A DNA stretch of 64,000 bases from the NCBI GenBank assembly GCA_046155405.1, contig JBJXFL010000014.1, forward strand, positions 18,119 to 82,118, written 5' to 3'. The stretch is from Bryobacteraceae bacterium (lineage in GTDB: Bacteria > Acidobacteriota > Terriglobia > Bryobacterales > Bryobacteraceae). The translations under genes were made by a program, and so were the position numbers. This document shows, piece after piece, positions 16,977 through 27,174 of this stretch. Within the stretch, counting starts at the first letter, position 1, and each line of letters begins with the position of its first letter. The notes beneath the pieces are model-generated. The model was not told the origin of the DNA, ran no database searches, and worked only from the letters and a program-made list of their open reading frames with translations.

Positions 16977-18889
16977 GCGCGGGAGACTCCTGCCACGACC
17001 TCGCCGCGGAGCCCGCCTCCACTGCGACGATTGACCCGGCAGTCCGCTCCCTTCGCCATTACGTCGCACTCGTCGGCCCTCCGAATGCCGGTAAAACCAC
17101 GCTTTTCAATCGGCTGACCGGTCTCCGCCAGAAAGTCGCGAATTTCCCCGGCGTTACCGTTGAACACCATGTCGGCAAAGCCCGGACCACGGCCGGCCGC
17201 CAAGTCTTTCTCATCGATCTTCCCGGTATTTACAGCCTCCATCCCCGCTCGGAGGACGAGGAAGTTACCCGCGATGTACTGACGGGAGCGAAGGCCGACA
17301 TTGGCTTGCCCGATGCCGTGGTTTTGATACTCGATGCCACCAATTTGCATCGGCATCTCCTCCTCGCCGCCCCCATTCTCAGTCTCGGCCTCCCCACACT
17401 GGTCGTACTGAATATGGCGGACGATCTCGCCGCCCGCGGCGGCAGCGTCGATCCCGCCGCGCTCGCCGCCCAACTCGGTTGCCCCGTCGCGCTGATCAGC
17501 GCCACCTCCGGCGCGGGCGTTGAAAAGGTGGCCCAGTTCCTGGAAGGAAGCAGCGCCCGGCCTCCGGCAACCGCCAAACGCGTCGAACTCCCCATTCTGC
17601 AGGACCTCCCCGGATGCCGCCGCTGGGCCGGCCAGATCGGCAAGCAAAGCGACTATCAGGCGCCCGCGCCCCCAATGTGGACCCGCCGGCTTGACGCTGT
17701 CTTTTTGCATCCCACTATTGGCCCGCTTACATTTCTGGCGGTTGTCGTCGCCGTCTTTCAGTCGATATTCAGCGGCGCCAAGCCACTCATGGACGGGGTG
17801 GAAACGTTGATCGCAGTCTCCGGCAACTGGATCGGCGCGGCCCTGCCCGACGGACTTTTCCGTGGTTTCCTTATCGATGGCCTATGGGCGGGCGTCGGCT
17901 CGGTGGTTATTTTCCTGCCGCAAATCCTTCTACTCTTCCTGTTCATCGGTATACTCGAAGACTCCGGCTACCTGGCGCGGGCGGCCCTGATCGCGGATCG
18001 CACCATGGCCCTGGTCGGCCTCCAAGGCAAAGCGTTTATCCCGCTCCTCTCCGCGTATGCCTGCGCGGTCCCCGCGATACTCGCCACTAGAACCATTGAG
18101 AACAAGCGCGACCGGCTAGCTACCATCCTTATTGCGCCGTTTATGACCTGCTCGGCCCGCTTGCCGGTCTACTTGCTGATCATCGCGGCTTTCATTCCCG
18201 ATCAACCGCTTCTCGGCCCGCTTCTAGGAACTCAGACGGCAGCCATGCTCGGGCTATATGTCCTCGGATTCCTTGCCGCCGTCGGGACCGCTCAACTCCT
18301 GCGCTCCACCGTTCTTCGCCGCCAGCAAAGCGTCTTTGTCCTGGAGTTGCCCCCGTACCGGATGCCGAACATCCGCTCGCTTGGTCTGCGCCTTTATGAC
18401 CGCGCCGTCGTTTTCCTCAAACGTGCCGGAACTGTTATCCTCGCCGTCTCCGCCTGCCTTTGGATCCTCGCCCATCTGCCGTACGAAAACGGGCACCCGC
18501 CAAAGTTGGAGCAAAGCTATGCCGGCCAAATCGGTCACCTGGTGGAACCGGCCATTCGTCCTTTGGGTTTCAACTGGAAGATCGGCGTCGGCCTGGTCAC
18601 CTCCCTCGCCGCTCGCGAGGTAATCATCGGCACGCTCGGGACAATTTACGGCATTGAGAACGCCGACAAGGATTCTGTCAGCCTCCAGGAGGCCTTGCGG
18701 CAAGACCTTTCCCCCGCCGGCGCCGCCGCCCTACTCGTCTTTTTCGCCTTCGCAATGCAGTGTTTTTCCACGATTGCCGTCGTTCGAAGGGAAACCGGAA
18801 GCTGGCTTTGGCCTTCCGTACAATTTATTTATATGAGCGCATTCGCCTATATATCCGCCTGGGGTACTTACTTACTCCTGAATCGTTAG
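16973..18889 (+). CDS. feoB: Ferrous iron transporter FeoB
   Basis: G-domain VALVGPPNAGKTTLFNRLTG...NFPGVTVE...DLPG, followed by a polytopic membrane domain. Confidence 0.93.
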   Translation: MSAGDSCHDLAAEPASTATIDPAVRSLRHYVALVGPPNAGKTTLFNRLTGLRQKVANFPGVTVEHHVGKARTTAGRQVFLIDLPGIYSLHPRSEDEEVTRDVLTGAKADIGLPDAVVLILDATNLHRHLLLAAPILSLGLPTLVVLNMADDLAARGGSVDPAALAAQLGCPVALISATSGAGVEKVAQFLEGSSARPPATAKRVELPILQDLPGCRRWAGQIGKQSDYQAPAPPMWTRRLDAVFLHPTIGPLTFLAVVVAVFQSIFSGAKPLMDGVETLIAVSGNWIGAALPDGLFRGFLIDGLWAGVGSVVIFLPQILLLFLFIGILEDSGYLARAALIADRTMALVGLQGKAFIPLLSAYACAVPAILATRTIENKRDRLATILIAPFMTCSARLPVYLLIIAAFIPDQPLLGPLLGTQTAAMLGLYVLGFLAAVGTAQLLRSTVLRRQQSVFVLELPPYRMPNIRSLGLRLYDRAVVFLKRAGTVILAVSACLWILAHLPYENGHPPKLEQSYAGQIGHLVEPAIRPLGFNWKIGVGLVTSLAAREVIIGTLGTIYGIENADKDSVSLQEALRQDLSPAGAAALLVFFAFAMQCFSTIAVVRRETGSWLWPSVQFIYMSAFAYISAWGTYLLLNR

Positions 18890-19086
18890 TGGCAGCCGGT
18901 ACTAGCGCGTTAATCGGATCACTATCGTCGCTAGCCCTTGTTATCAATGACTTAGACCGATTGGGAGCAGGTACTAAGCCCGCAGGGCATAGGCCATGGC
19001 CCGGCAGGGTGCGTACCAGTTGGTAGTTCCTCCGCGTAATCATTCGTCCCATTTTGGGCTTCGGAAGTATTATTCAAAATCCGGGT

Positions 19087-19797
19087 ATGCGCTTACTGCA
19101 CCCCCTGCCAATCGCCCTTCTCCTGTCCTCCGCAACCTGGGCACTACCGAGTTTCCCGGTCACTTTTCAGGATCAATTGGATTCGCAAAACGGCGCCGAT
19201 GTCATCGGCAACCCCGACCTTTTCGAAATCGATTACCTCAAGCTGGCCGGCATGAACGGCAACACATTGCAAGTCGACATTCGCTTCAACTACGGCGGCG
19301 GCGCCAGTTTGTCCCCCTTCAACATCAGTGGCTTCGCCCCCACCCTCAACGTCGGCGATCTGTTCTTCCGGACGCCCGCCAACACATACGCCTTCATCCT
19401 CAACACTCACAACGGCCTTACCACCAATGGTTTGTATAAAATCACCGGCACTCAGACGGCCCAATCCGTTCTCGGTAACCCTTCGTCGGGCACCTACCGC
19501 AATACCGCCCAAGTCTGGGCCAGCCCGGCCGGGGCGCAACTCCTTTCCACGGGAAGTAGCAGCGTCTCCATCGTGAATAACAACAGCACTAATCTTCTGG
19601 CTAGCCTCTACATGCCGTTGACCAATACCATGATGGCCGATCTCGACAATGGCTTCAGTGTCTACTTTGCCTCCGCCACTTGCGGTAACGACGAAATCAC
19701 CGGCACTGTTCCGCCTTCCGCCGTCCCCGAGCCCGGAACCTGGGCGACGCTCGGCGCTGGGCTTGCGGCCATTGGCCTCTACCGGCGAAAGCGATAA
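19087..19797 (+). CDS. PEP-CTERM-anchored secreted protein
   Basis: Signal peptide MRLLHPLPIALLLSSATWA. C-terminal VPEPGTWATLGAGLAAIGLYRRKR (PEP motif, TM helix and basic tail). Confidence 0.8.
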   Translation: MRLLHPLPIALLLSSATWALPSFPVTFQDQLDSQNGADVIGNPDLFEIDYLKLAGMNGNTLQVDIRFNYGGGASLSPFNISGFAPTLNVGDLFFRTPANTYAFILNTHNGLTTNGLYKITGTQTAQSVLGNPSSGTYRNTAQVWASPAGAQLLSTGSSSVSIVNNNSTNLLASLYMPLTNTMMADLDNGFSVYFASATCGNDEITGTVPPSAVPEPGTWATLGAGLAAIGLYRRKR

Positions 19798-19871
19798 GTA
19801 GCCCAACTCAATCCGCATGATAAAATTGGGGTTGCGTCTATTGGGCGTAACCCTAATTTCCTCGTCTTATC

Positions 19872-20795
19872 ATGCATAACGTCATAATCATCGGCTCCGG
19901 CTGCGCCGGGAACACGGCCGCCATCTACGCCGCTCGCGCCTCTTTGAAGCCACTAGTCATCGGTGGCCTTGAACCGGGCGGGCAGCTCTCGATCACTTCC
20001 GAAGTGGAAAATTTCCCCGGCTTTCCCGAAAGCATTCTCGGCCCGGAGTTGGTCGAGAACATGAAGGTTCAGGCCCAGAAATTCGGCGCCGAGTATCGCC
20101 ACGGCACGGTGGATGAGGCCGTACTGACAGAGCGTCCGTTTCGCCTGAAAATCGATGGCGTCTGGGAGGAAACCCGTACCCTCATCGTCGCCTCCGGCGC
20201 CTCCGCCCGCTGGCTCGGCCTGCCTAACGAGCAGAAGCTAATCGGCAAAGGCGTCAGTTCTTGCGCCACCTGCGACGGCTTCTTCTACCGCGAAAAAGAG
20301 ATCATGGTTATCGGCGGCGGCGATTCCGCCATGGAAGAGGCCAACTTCCTCACCCGCTTCGGCAAACGCGTCACGCTCGTACACCGCCGCGAACAGTTCC
20401 GCGCCTCTAAGATCATGCTTGACCGCGCGCAAGCCAACCCCAAGATCGAGATGATTCTGAATACCGTCGTCGACGATGTATACGACGTGTCTAAAGGCTC
20501 TGTCACCGGCGTGCGTCTCCGCAACCTCGTCACCGGCGAGGCCTATGATCGCCAAGTCGATGGCTTCTTCGTGGCCATCGGCCATATCCCGAATACTAAG
20601 TTTCTAAACAACCAGATCACCCTCGATGAAGAGGGGTATATCATCTCCCAGGGCGGCGCCCGTACCAATATCACCGGCGTCTATCACGCCGGCGACGTGC
20701 AGGACCGGACTTACCGTCAGGCTATCACCGCGGCCGGCGCCGGGTGCATGGCCGCCATGGAAGCGGAGCGGTTTCTGGAAGCCGAAGGGCACTGA
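19872..20795 (+). CDS. trxB: Thioredoxin-disulfide reductase
   Basis: IIIGSGCAGNTAAIYAARA FAD motif, redox CATCDGFFY, and the GGGDSAMEEA NADPH motif. Confidence 0.93.
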   Translation: MHNVIIIGSGCAGNTAAIYAARASLKPLVIGGLEPGGQLSITSEVENFPGFPESILGPELVENMKVQAQKFGAEYRHGTVDEAVLTERPFRLKIDGVWEETRTLIVASGASARWLGLPNEQKLIGKGVSSCATCDGFFYREKEIMVIGGGDSAMEEANFLTRFGKRVTLVHRREQFRASKIMLDRAQANPKIEMILNTVVDDVYDVSKGSVTGVRLRNLVTGEAYDRQVDGFFVAIGHIPNTKFLNNQITLDEEGYIISQGGARTNITGVYHAGDVQDRTYRQAITAAGAGCMAAMEAERFLEAEGH

Positions 20796-21178
20796 GGGCG
20801 ACACGAGCCGTGAATGTGCCTCATGGTGAAGCGGTAGCGCCCGCTCAACAATCCGCTAAACGCATCGACCGGCGCGCAAAGTTGCAACGTTAGCGCGGTC
20901 ATTTACGCGGAAGCTGTAAGTGCCGCCATTAGAGCGGATGGATAGCGGCATCACGCTTTCCAATCGGCAGTCACTTTCGCAGGCCGCGCAGATTTGTTTT
21001 AGAAGCTCCGAACTATTGACTTCGGAAATGGCCGGGAGCAACGTATATTTCAGTACCGTTGGCCAAGGCTATCTTAACGCTCCGGTGGACGAGAGCCAGA
21101 AGCATGGAAGGTAGACGAGGGGGTAACCGGTTTGACGGCGCGACCGGATTTAGTCGTGAAGTGATTTCCCGTGACCAT

Positions 21179-23170
21179 CTAATTCGACGCCGTCCGCTGC
21201 CGCTTATAACCCTCCTTCAAATACTTCGCCGCCTCCTCCTGCGCGCCCTGCGTATTGTCGCGGGTCCGCACGGCCAGGTTATACTCATTAACCGCGCGAT
21301 CCCGCTGCCCGGTAATGTCGAAAATCTTGCCCAGATTGATATGAGCCCAGACTTCCGTCCACTTCGGCTCCAGATCGCCGTCGAGCACCGCGCGAAACTC
21401 ATTCGCCGCCGCCTGATAGTTATTCTGCAGGAAGAAAATATCGGCCACCCGGTAGTGCGCCAGCGAACTGTTCCGGCTTACTTCCATGGCCTTCTGGAAC
21501 TCTTTCAACGCTTCGCCGTACTCGCCGATATCGGAATACATTTCGCCGCGGCGAATCGCCACCGCCACGCGCATCGTGCTGGACATGCGCAGCACCCGAA
21601 GGTTCGGATCTATTTCCACTTTTTTCGGCTTGCCGAATGTCTCCACAACAAACTCCGACGATGGCCCCGCCACTTCCACCCGCTTGAACTCCGGATTGCC
21701 TTCGGTCTCAATCTTCAAATCGACCGGCATACGGAAAGTGTCCAGATCCTGTTGGATCTTACCCATGATACGGAAACCCTTGCTCGTCCGATATACCGTG
21801 TACTCCAGCTTGAACTGCGGCGCGCCGCTCGATTCGATCCATTGAATGAAGAAATAGCCCAGGTCTTGTCCGGCCAGATCGGACACCAGCTTACTAACAT
21901 CGTCCGTGCTGACGCTCTTATTCGCGAACTGCTCCGGAATCGCCTTCAAAAGTTTCTTGAAATTATCTTCACCCAAAACGTTTCGCAGCATTTGATACAC
22001 AGCCGCGCCCTTGGCCGCCGTCGTCGCCCAATATTCCGGCGAGTAATCCTCCAGCCGGGCCGATTGAATCAATGGTGGATTGTCAATCGTCAGCGCTTCC
22101 ACATAGGTCTCCCGGATGTCGTTCTCCACCGCGCCCGCCGCGGCCGTCTGTTCGGTATGCAACAACTCCGCATACCGCGCCATTCCGTTCGTGATCCACA
22201 AGTGATTCCGGCTCGCGGGCGAGGTCAACAGCCCATACCAATGCCGTGCCAATTGGTTGGCCAGCAGTTTCGGATTCGCCTCTTTCCCAATCGCCCGCGG
22301 GGAGAGAAACAACATTCCCGGCGCCGCATATCCGTTTGGCGCGCCCTCTCCGGTTTCGACGAGTATCAAATTCGACGACGGCGCTAAACCGAACTGCGTC
22401 GTCAACAAGCCCAGCACCTTCCCCGTCTCTTCTCCCCACGCATCCGCGGATGCCGCCAATTCACCCCGGAAATACACCAGCGAATTCACGCCGCCGGAAG
22501 AAACCCGCTTCGCTTCTCCCTGCACAATGGCGAGACTCCCGCCGAATCCCGGCGAGTTAAAACTGCATGTGGTTGTCACTTTCCCATCGCCGCTTTTCGT
22601 CGATTCCAGTCCGCCGCTCACAACCTTGTACCCTTCCGGCACCGTGATCGCAAACTCCGATTTATAGCGGTCCGCCGTGTATCCCGCCATCGGGAACCAC
22701 CGCGACGGATACATCAGGAACGATCCTTCCGGGCGTAACGCCGCAAATTGAATCCCATACACCGGGGACTCTTCCTGCCCCGTCAATTTGCCTTCGTACT
22801 GCATGACGATTTCACGGGTCGACCCCTTCACCATCGGCGGATCCAGCGTCACGCGCACGGTAAAGTCCTGCGAATTCCGGCTCGAGTCCACCCGCGAATC
22901 GTCCAGATACTTCACGCCCGTAACTGTCATTGCGTTGTGCAACTCGAACGTGGCCGTGCCGATCTTGTCATCCACCGCCAGAAAGCGCACGCGCGCTTTC
23001 GCCGCAATCGATTGCGTTCGCGGATTTACATCCGCCGTCACCTGGATCTCTTCGACATCGATCCGGCCCGCCGAGACTCGTGTCTGCGCTTCCGCCCGTA
23101 GCGGCAGCAAAGCCGCTCCCGCTAATACCAACGCCACCGTTACATTCATCTGCATCCATCCACTCTTCAA
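21179..23170 (-). CDS. M1-aminopeptidase-fold protein lacking the catalytic motifs, with C-terminal TPR repeats
   Basis: Signal peptide and an M1-type N-domain. At the expected positions, GAMEN is APGMLFL, HExxH is NQLAR (LLANQLARHWYG) and WLNEG is WITNG. The C-terminal ~130 aa are TPR-like (GEYGEALKEFQKAMEV...YQAAANEFRAVL...). Confidence 0.85.
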   Translation of the reverse strand: MKSGWMQMNVTVALVLAGAALLPLRAEAQTRVSAGRIDVEEIQVTADVNPRTQSIAAKARVRFLAVDDKIGTATFELHNAMTVTGVKYLDDSRVDSSRNSQDFTVRVTLDPPMVKGSTREIVMQYEGKLTGQEESPVYGIQFAALRPEGSFLMYPSRWFPMAGYTADRYKSEFAITVPEGYKVVSGGLESTKSGDGKVTTTCSFNSPGFGGSLAIVQGEAKRVSSGGVNSLVYFRGELAASADAWGEETGKVLGLLTTQFGLAPSSNLILVETGEGAPNGYAAPGMLFLSPRAIGKEANPKLLANQLARHWYGLLTSPASRNHLWITNGMARYAELLHTEQTAAAGAVENDIRETYVEALTIDNPPLIQSARLEDYSPEYWATTAAKGAAVYQMLRNVLGEDNFKKLLKAIPEQFANKSVSTDDVSKLVSDLAGQDLGYFFIQWIESSGAPQFKLEYTVYRTSKGFRIMGKIQQDLDTFRMPVDLKIETEGNPEFKRVEVAGPSSEFVVETFGKPKKVEIDPNLRVLRMSSTMRVAVAIRRGEMYSDIGEYGEALKEFQKAMEVSRNSSLAHYRVADIFFLQNNYQAAANEFRAVLDGDLEPKWTEVWAHINLGKIFDITGQRDRAVNEYNLAVRTRDNTQGAQEEAAKYLKEGYKRQRTASN

Positions 23171-23179
23171 TCTCGAGGT

Positions 23180-24358
23180 TTACAATTCCGGGAAAAATCG
23201 GGCCGCCAGTAACTCCGCCGCGCGGGCCAAAGGGTCCCCTTCTCCGCGCAACTTCGTTCGAATGCCGGCCAGCTCATTTCGCATAGCCGTCTGCGCGGCC
23301 TTGTCCTTTAATAGTCGCAAAGCTGCAAGCGCCAGCCCCGGACCATCCCCTTCATTCTGCATTAGTTCGGGCACAATCCGGCGCCCTGCCACCAGGTTCA
23401 CCATTGTGAAATAGGGTACATCCACCAGCCACCGGCCCAGTTTCCAGGAAACCGGTGAAACCTTGTAGAAAGTTACCATCGGTGTCCCCATCAACGCGGC
23501 TTCCATCGCAACCGTGCCGCTGGCGGCGAGCGCCAGGGTCCCATGGGCAATTGCGTCCCATGTTTCCCCTTCAATTATTTGGATGGATGCGCCGGAAATC
23601 CGTTCCCGAAAAGTTGACCCGGGAAACATCCCGTCGTAATTGTTTCCCACCCGGTTCATAAATCCGGCCGGCGCCGCCCATACGACGACGACATCCATCT
23701 CCGCCCGAATCCTCTCTACCGCGTCCATAACGGCCGGCAGATGCCGCCGCACTTCGCCTATCCGGCTTCCCGGCAGCAGCGTAAGCAACGGCTTCGAATA
23801 ATCCAACCCGTGCCGCGCGAAGAACGCTTCCCGCGATAGCGCCGGCTTTGCCCACCACGCCAGCGGATGGCCAATATAGGTGGCCTGCGGCATCCCCTGC
23901 CCGTGAAAAAAGGCTGGCTCAAATGGAAAAATGCAGAGCAACTCATCAATGACTTTCTTCATTGTTTTCACCCGCCCCTTCCGCCAGGCCCACGCCTGCG
24001 GCGCCACTAGATACGCTACCGATATGCTCCGCTTCTTCGCCTGCGCCGCCACCCGGAAGTGGAAGTCCGGACTGTCGGTCAATATCGCCAGCCGCGGCCG
24101 CCGCTCTTCCATCGCCCGGACCAATTTCCGATACTCACCGTAAATGCGCGGCAGATGTTCCAGTACTTCCACCAATCCCACCACCGCCAAGCTCTCGGAC
24201 TCGACAATCGCCTCCACCCCCGCCGCGCGCATGCGCGGCCCCGCGCAGCCAAAGAACCGCGTCTCCGGCAATCGCTCGCGCAACTCTTCCACCAGTTTCG
24301 CCGCGTATAGATCCCCCGACGCTTCCCCCGCGGAGATCAGAATTTCCAGGTGTGCCAA
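23180..24358 (-). CDS. lpxB: Lipid-A-disaccharide synthase
   Basis: ILISAGEASGDLYAAKLVEEL N-terminus and overall GT19 pattern (DSPDFHFRVA, GTVAMEAALMGTPMV). Confidence 0.9.
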   Translation of the reverse strand: MAHLEILISAGEASGDLYAAKLVEELRERLPETRFFGCAGPRMRAAGVEAIVESESLAVVGLVEVLEHLPRIYGEYRKLVRAMEERRPRLAILTDSPDFHFRVAAQAKKRSISVAYLVAPQAWAWRKGRVKTMKKVIDELLCIFPFEPAFFHGQGMPQATYIGHPLAWWAKPALSREAFFARHGLDYSKPLLTLLPGSRIGEVRRHLPAVMDAVERIRAEMDVVVVWAAPAGFMNRVGNNYDGMFPGSTFRERISGASIQIIEGETWDAIAHGTLALAASGTVAMEAALMGTPMVTFYKVSPVSWKLGRWLVDVPYFTMVNLVAGRRIVPELMQNEGDGPGLALAALRLLKDKAAQTAMRNELAGIRTKLRGEGDPLARAAELLAARFFPEL

Positions 24359-24395
24359 AGGCTCAGTCTACAATGGGCGGGATTCCGGGCTGTAA

Positions 24396-25262
24396 TTGAT
24401 AGAATTGAAAGAGGTCTTGATGCCCTCACCTACCGATCTCGCCGACTCTAACCAAATCCTAGCCAAAACCAAGTCACACCTCGGCGATTTCGCCCAACGT
24501 TCCCACCGCGACGCGACTCCGTTCGGTCCCGTCTTCTCCTATCACGCCGCCGCCGTTCCACTCGCCGCCGAAGATCTGCGCGATTTTGTCGACGAACCCA
24601 TCGCCGCCCTCCCGCCGCGGATCCTCACCGGGCTCGGCAAGGTTGTCATTCTGTTCGTCCCCTTCCTCGAACGTCCCGCCGCCGACACCCAATCGCCGCG
24701 AGGCAATAAGCGGCTCTCCGAAAAACTCACGGAGTTCGACCATCGCGACAGCCTCGTCGTCACTGACCCGCCCATCCCGGCCAATCGCCTTCCCTCCGCC
24801 TACATCCCGCCCGCCACTTCGAAGGAGCCTCACATCCTCGCCTTCGGCGTCCAGGATGTCGATTCCAGCGACTATCACTACAACTTTTTCCACGCCGTTT
24901 CCCTGCTCGTCTACCTCACCCAACCCGATTCCGTCCTCGCCGGGTACCGCAACATCCTTCGCGAGGAGTTGAAGAGCCGCGCCCATGGCGAGGTTGACGA
25001 TTCCTCCTGGAAAGCCAAGCTCGAACTCCTCAAAAAAGAATCCGGCGTCCGCGGCGAATCCAAACTGTTCCTCGAATACGCCCAGCACAGCTTCGTCGAT
25101 AGCCTGACGCTATTCCTTCACGGCATATGCTGTGACATCGACGTCGAACCCGGCCCGCGCCAGATCGCGAGCCGCCATCTTCGCAAGCGTCTCCAGTTTC
25201 TTCAACTTGAGTATCCTCAGCCGGCGGGGTATGCTGTCTTCCCGGAAGAACTTAAGAATTAA
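24396..25262 (+). CDS. Hypothetical protein
   Basis: ORF with coding-like composition, divergent from lpxB. TTG start at 24396 or ATG at 24420. No motif recognised. Confidence 0.55.
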   Translation: MIELKEVLMPSPTDLADSNQILAKTKSHLGDFAQRSHRDATPFGPVFSYHAAAVPLAAEDLRDFVDEPIAALPPRILTGLGKVVILFVPFLERPAADTQSPRGNKRLSEKLTEFDHRDSLVVTDPPIPANRLPSAYIPPATSKEPHILAFGVQDVDSSDYHYNFFHAVSLLVYLTQPDSVLAGYRNILREELKSRAHGEVDDSSWKAKLELLKKESGVRGESKLFLEYAQHSFVDSLTLFLHGICCDIDVEPGPRQIASRHLRKRLQFLQLEYPQPAGYAVFPEELKN

Positions 25263-25301
25263 CTGAGGGAAAGACCCGCGCACTTCTGCCGATAAGACAA
25301 T

Positions 25302-26990
25302 GTGCAGTCTTTGCGGATCTCATTGTTGGTATCGCTCGCGTGGGCGGCTCCACTCGCCGCCGCGCCATCCGTCAAAGTCTCTCCAGCGGCCTTGGTCTTT
25401 ACCTTCCAGGAGGGTGCGGCAACGCTGCCGGCCGCCCAGACCCTGGCTGTCTCGGCCGCCTCCAGTGGCGCGGTTGCGACAGTTCAAGTCAGTTCCGGTG
25501 GAAGCCTTTGGTTGGCGTTTACACCTCTTTCCGGCAAGACCGCTTTATCCGTTAAGGTCAGCGTGAACCCCACCAGCCTTCCCGTGGGGCAATACGCCGG
25601 CACAATCACGCTCTCGACGCCCGAGACCGGGGGCGACCCCGTCACAGTTCCCGTCACACTCAATATAAAATCTCCGCCGTCGGATCTGAAAGTCGCGCCG
25701 GCAACGCTTTCTGTCACTTATCGGCTGGGGGACGCGGCGCCGCCGCCCGCGTTCATCTATCTTACGACCACCGGCGGTCTGCTATCCTTCACCGCCGCCG
25801 TGACCGGCGCCAAGTGGATGCGCGTTACTCCCGCCAGTGGCGCTGTCTTCCCCGGATTCCGAACCGGCGTCGCCGTCGCCGTGGATGTCGCGGACCTCAC
25901 CCCAGGAACGCAAAAAGGGACCGTTACCCTCAGCGCGCCGGACGCCGTCACCAAAACGACGAGCGTTGCCGTGAATCTTACGGTTCAACCTGGCCAAGCC
26001 GTTGCAACCACGCTCTGGCCGCCCAGGATCATCCGCGGCGCAGTGGACAGTACGGTAACCATCACCGGTCAGCGCTTTTTCAGCGGGACCACGGTTAAGT
26101 CCGGCAATACCGCGCTCAAAACCACCATCCTCGGCCCCAATGTGCTCACTGCCGTCGTGCCGTCGTCTCTTCTCGCCAACCCGGGCACGGTGCCAATCGT
26201 CGCGGCCAATCCCGATCCCGGTGGCGGCGCGGCGCAGGTGTTGAACCTCGAAGTCCTGCCGCCCGGCCCGCTGCTACTCGCGGTGGTAAATGCCGCGTCG
26301 CAGCGTCCCGCGCCCATCGCTCCGGGCTCGGTTTTTACACTCTACGGCTCAGGCCTCGGGCCAGATACGCTCACCGCATTCGATGGCTCGACGCCGTCCG
26401 TGCCGGCCGCCATGAGCGGAACCCGTGTCCTTCTGAACGGCAGTCCCATGCCAGTCATCTATAGCTCCGCCCGTCAGGTTTCCGCCGCCGGGCCAAACGA
26501 TTTAGTTCCGGACCGCCCATTCATGCTGGAGGTCGAATACAACGGCGTCAAGTCTCTTCCATTCCCCGTACTCTCCGCCGCGTCCGCACCGGCGCTATTC
26601 ACCACGAACGGCGCTGGAACCGGCAACGCCGCCGCCTTCCAGATAGACCCCGTTAAGGGCGATTTCACACTCAATTCCGACAAAACGCCCGCCACCAAGG
26701 GAGCCATCCTTGTCCTCTACGCCACGGGTGTAGGCCCGCCGCTGCCCATCCCATTGGATGGCCTAGTCGCAACCGAAGCCTCCACCATTTCCATCGCGAA
26801 CGTCTCGGTCCTGCTCGGCGACGTCGTCGCCGAAGTCCTCTACGCCGGCGCCGCCCCCGGTCTTATCACCGGCATCGTCCAGATCAACGCCCGGGTTCCG
26901 GAAGGTACCCCCACTGGCAAGGCCGTCCCTATCACTCTAAAGGTAGATAACGCCGCAAGCCCGGCGGGCGTGACCCTAAATATCAAGTAG
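25302..26990 (+). CDS. Secreted protein with Ig-like repeats and a Solibacter-type C-terminal domain (TIGR03437-like)
   Basis: Signal peptide. Repeated 'V.P..L.F....' Ig-like modules. C-terminal APALFT...GAILVLYATGVG...AEVLYAGAAPGLITGIVQINARVP...VTLNIK. Confidence 0.8.
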   Translation: MQSLRISLLVSLAWAAPLAAAPSVKVSPAALVFTFQEGAATLPAAQTLAVSAASSGAVATVQVSSGGSLWLAFTPLSGKTALSVKVSVNPTSLPVGQYAGTITLSTPETGGDPVTVPVTLNIKSPPSDLKVAPATLSVTYRLGDAAPPPAFIYLTTTGGLLSFTAAVTGAKWMRVTPASGAVFPGFRTGVAVAVDVADLTPGTQKGTVTLSAPDAVTKTTSVAVNLTVQPGQAVATTLWPPRIIRGAVDSTVTITGQRFFSGTTVKSGNTALKTTILGPNVLTAVVPSSLLANPGTVPIVAANPDPGGGAAQVLNLEVLPPGPLLLAVVNAASQRPAPIAPGSVFTLYGSGLGPDTLTAFDGSTPSVPAAMSGTRVLLNGSPMPVIYSSARQVSAAGPNDLVPDRPFMLEVEYNGVKSLPFPVLSAASAPALFTTNGAGTGNAAAFQIDPVKGDFTLNSDKTPATKGAILVLYATGVGPPLPIPLDGLVATEASTISIANVSVLLGDVVAEVLYAGAAPGLITGIVQINARVPEGTPTGKAVPITLKVDNAASPAGVTLNIK

Positions 26991-27174
26991 GATTTCTCGC
27001 ACCCCGCGGAAAGGCCGGGAAGTTGGCGAAGTATCGGTAATCTCCGGGGCGCATGGCACAGGAATAACCGGCGTTTCATCTCTCGCTATGTCATCTTTCG
27101 CCGACCTCCATTGCCGGTGGACTTTTCGCCGGTGAAGTAGAATCGTGCGGAGGAAATTCCGCGCCGTACCGCGT

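Noticed and set aside
19829-19860. Hairpin GGGTTGCG-N9-CGTAACCC after the PEP-CTERM gene as an intrinsic terminator
   Set aside because: The stem is only 8 bp with a G-U pair, and the downstream tract (TAATTTCC) is a poor U-run, so it is too weak to call.
20796-21178. 383-bp AT-richer gap between the convergent trxB and M1-like genes, with two ~60-aa ORFs (20856..21041 -, 20920..21114 +); possible sRNA or small protein
   Set aside because: The ORFs overlap each other antisense and have no RBS or motif. I found only a weak 5-bp hairpin (AGCGG/CCGCT) and no T-tract terminator, so I cannot support an RNA gene without covariation or expression data.
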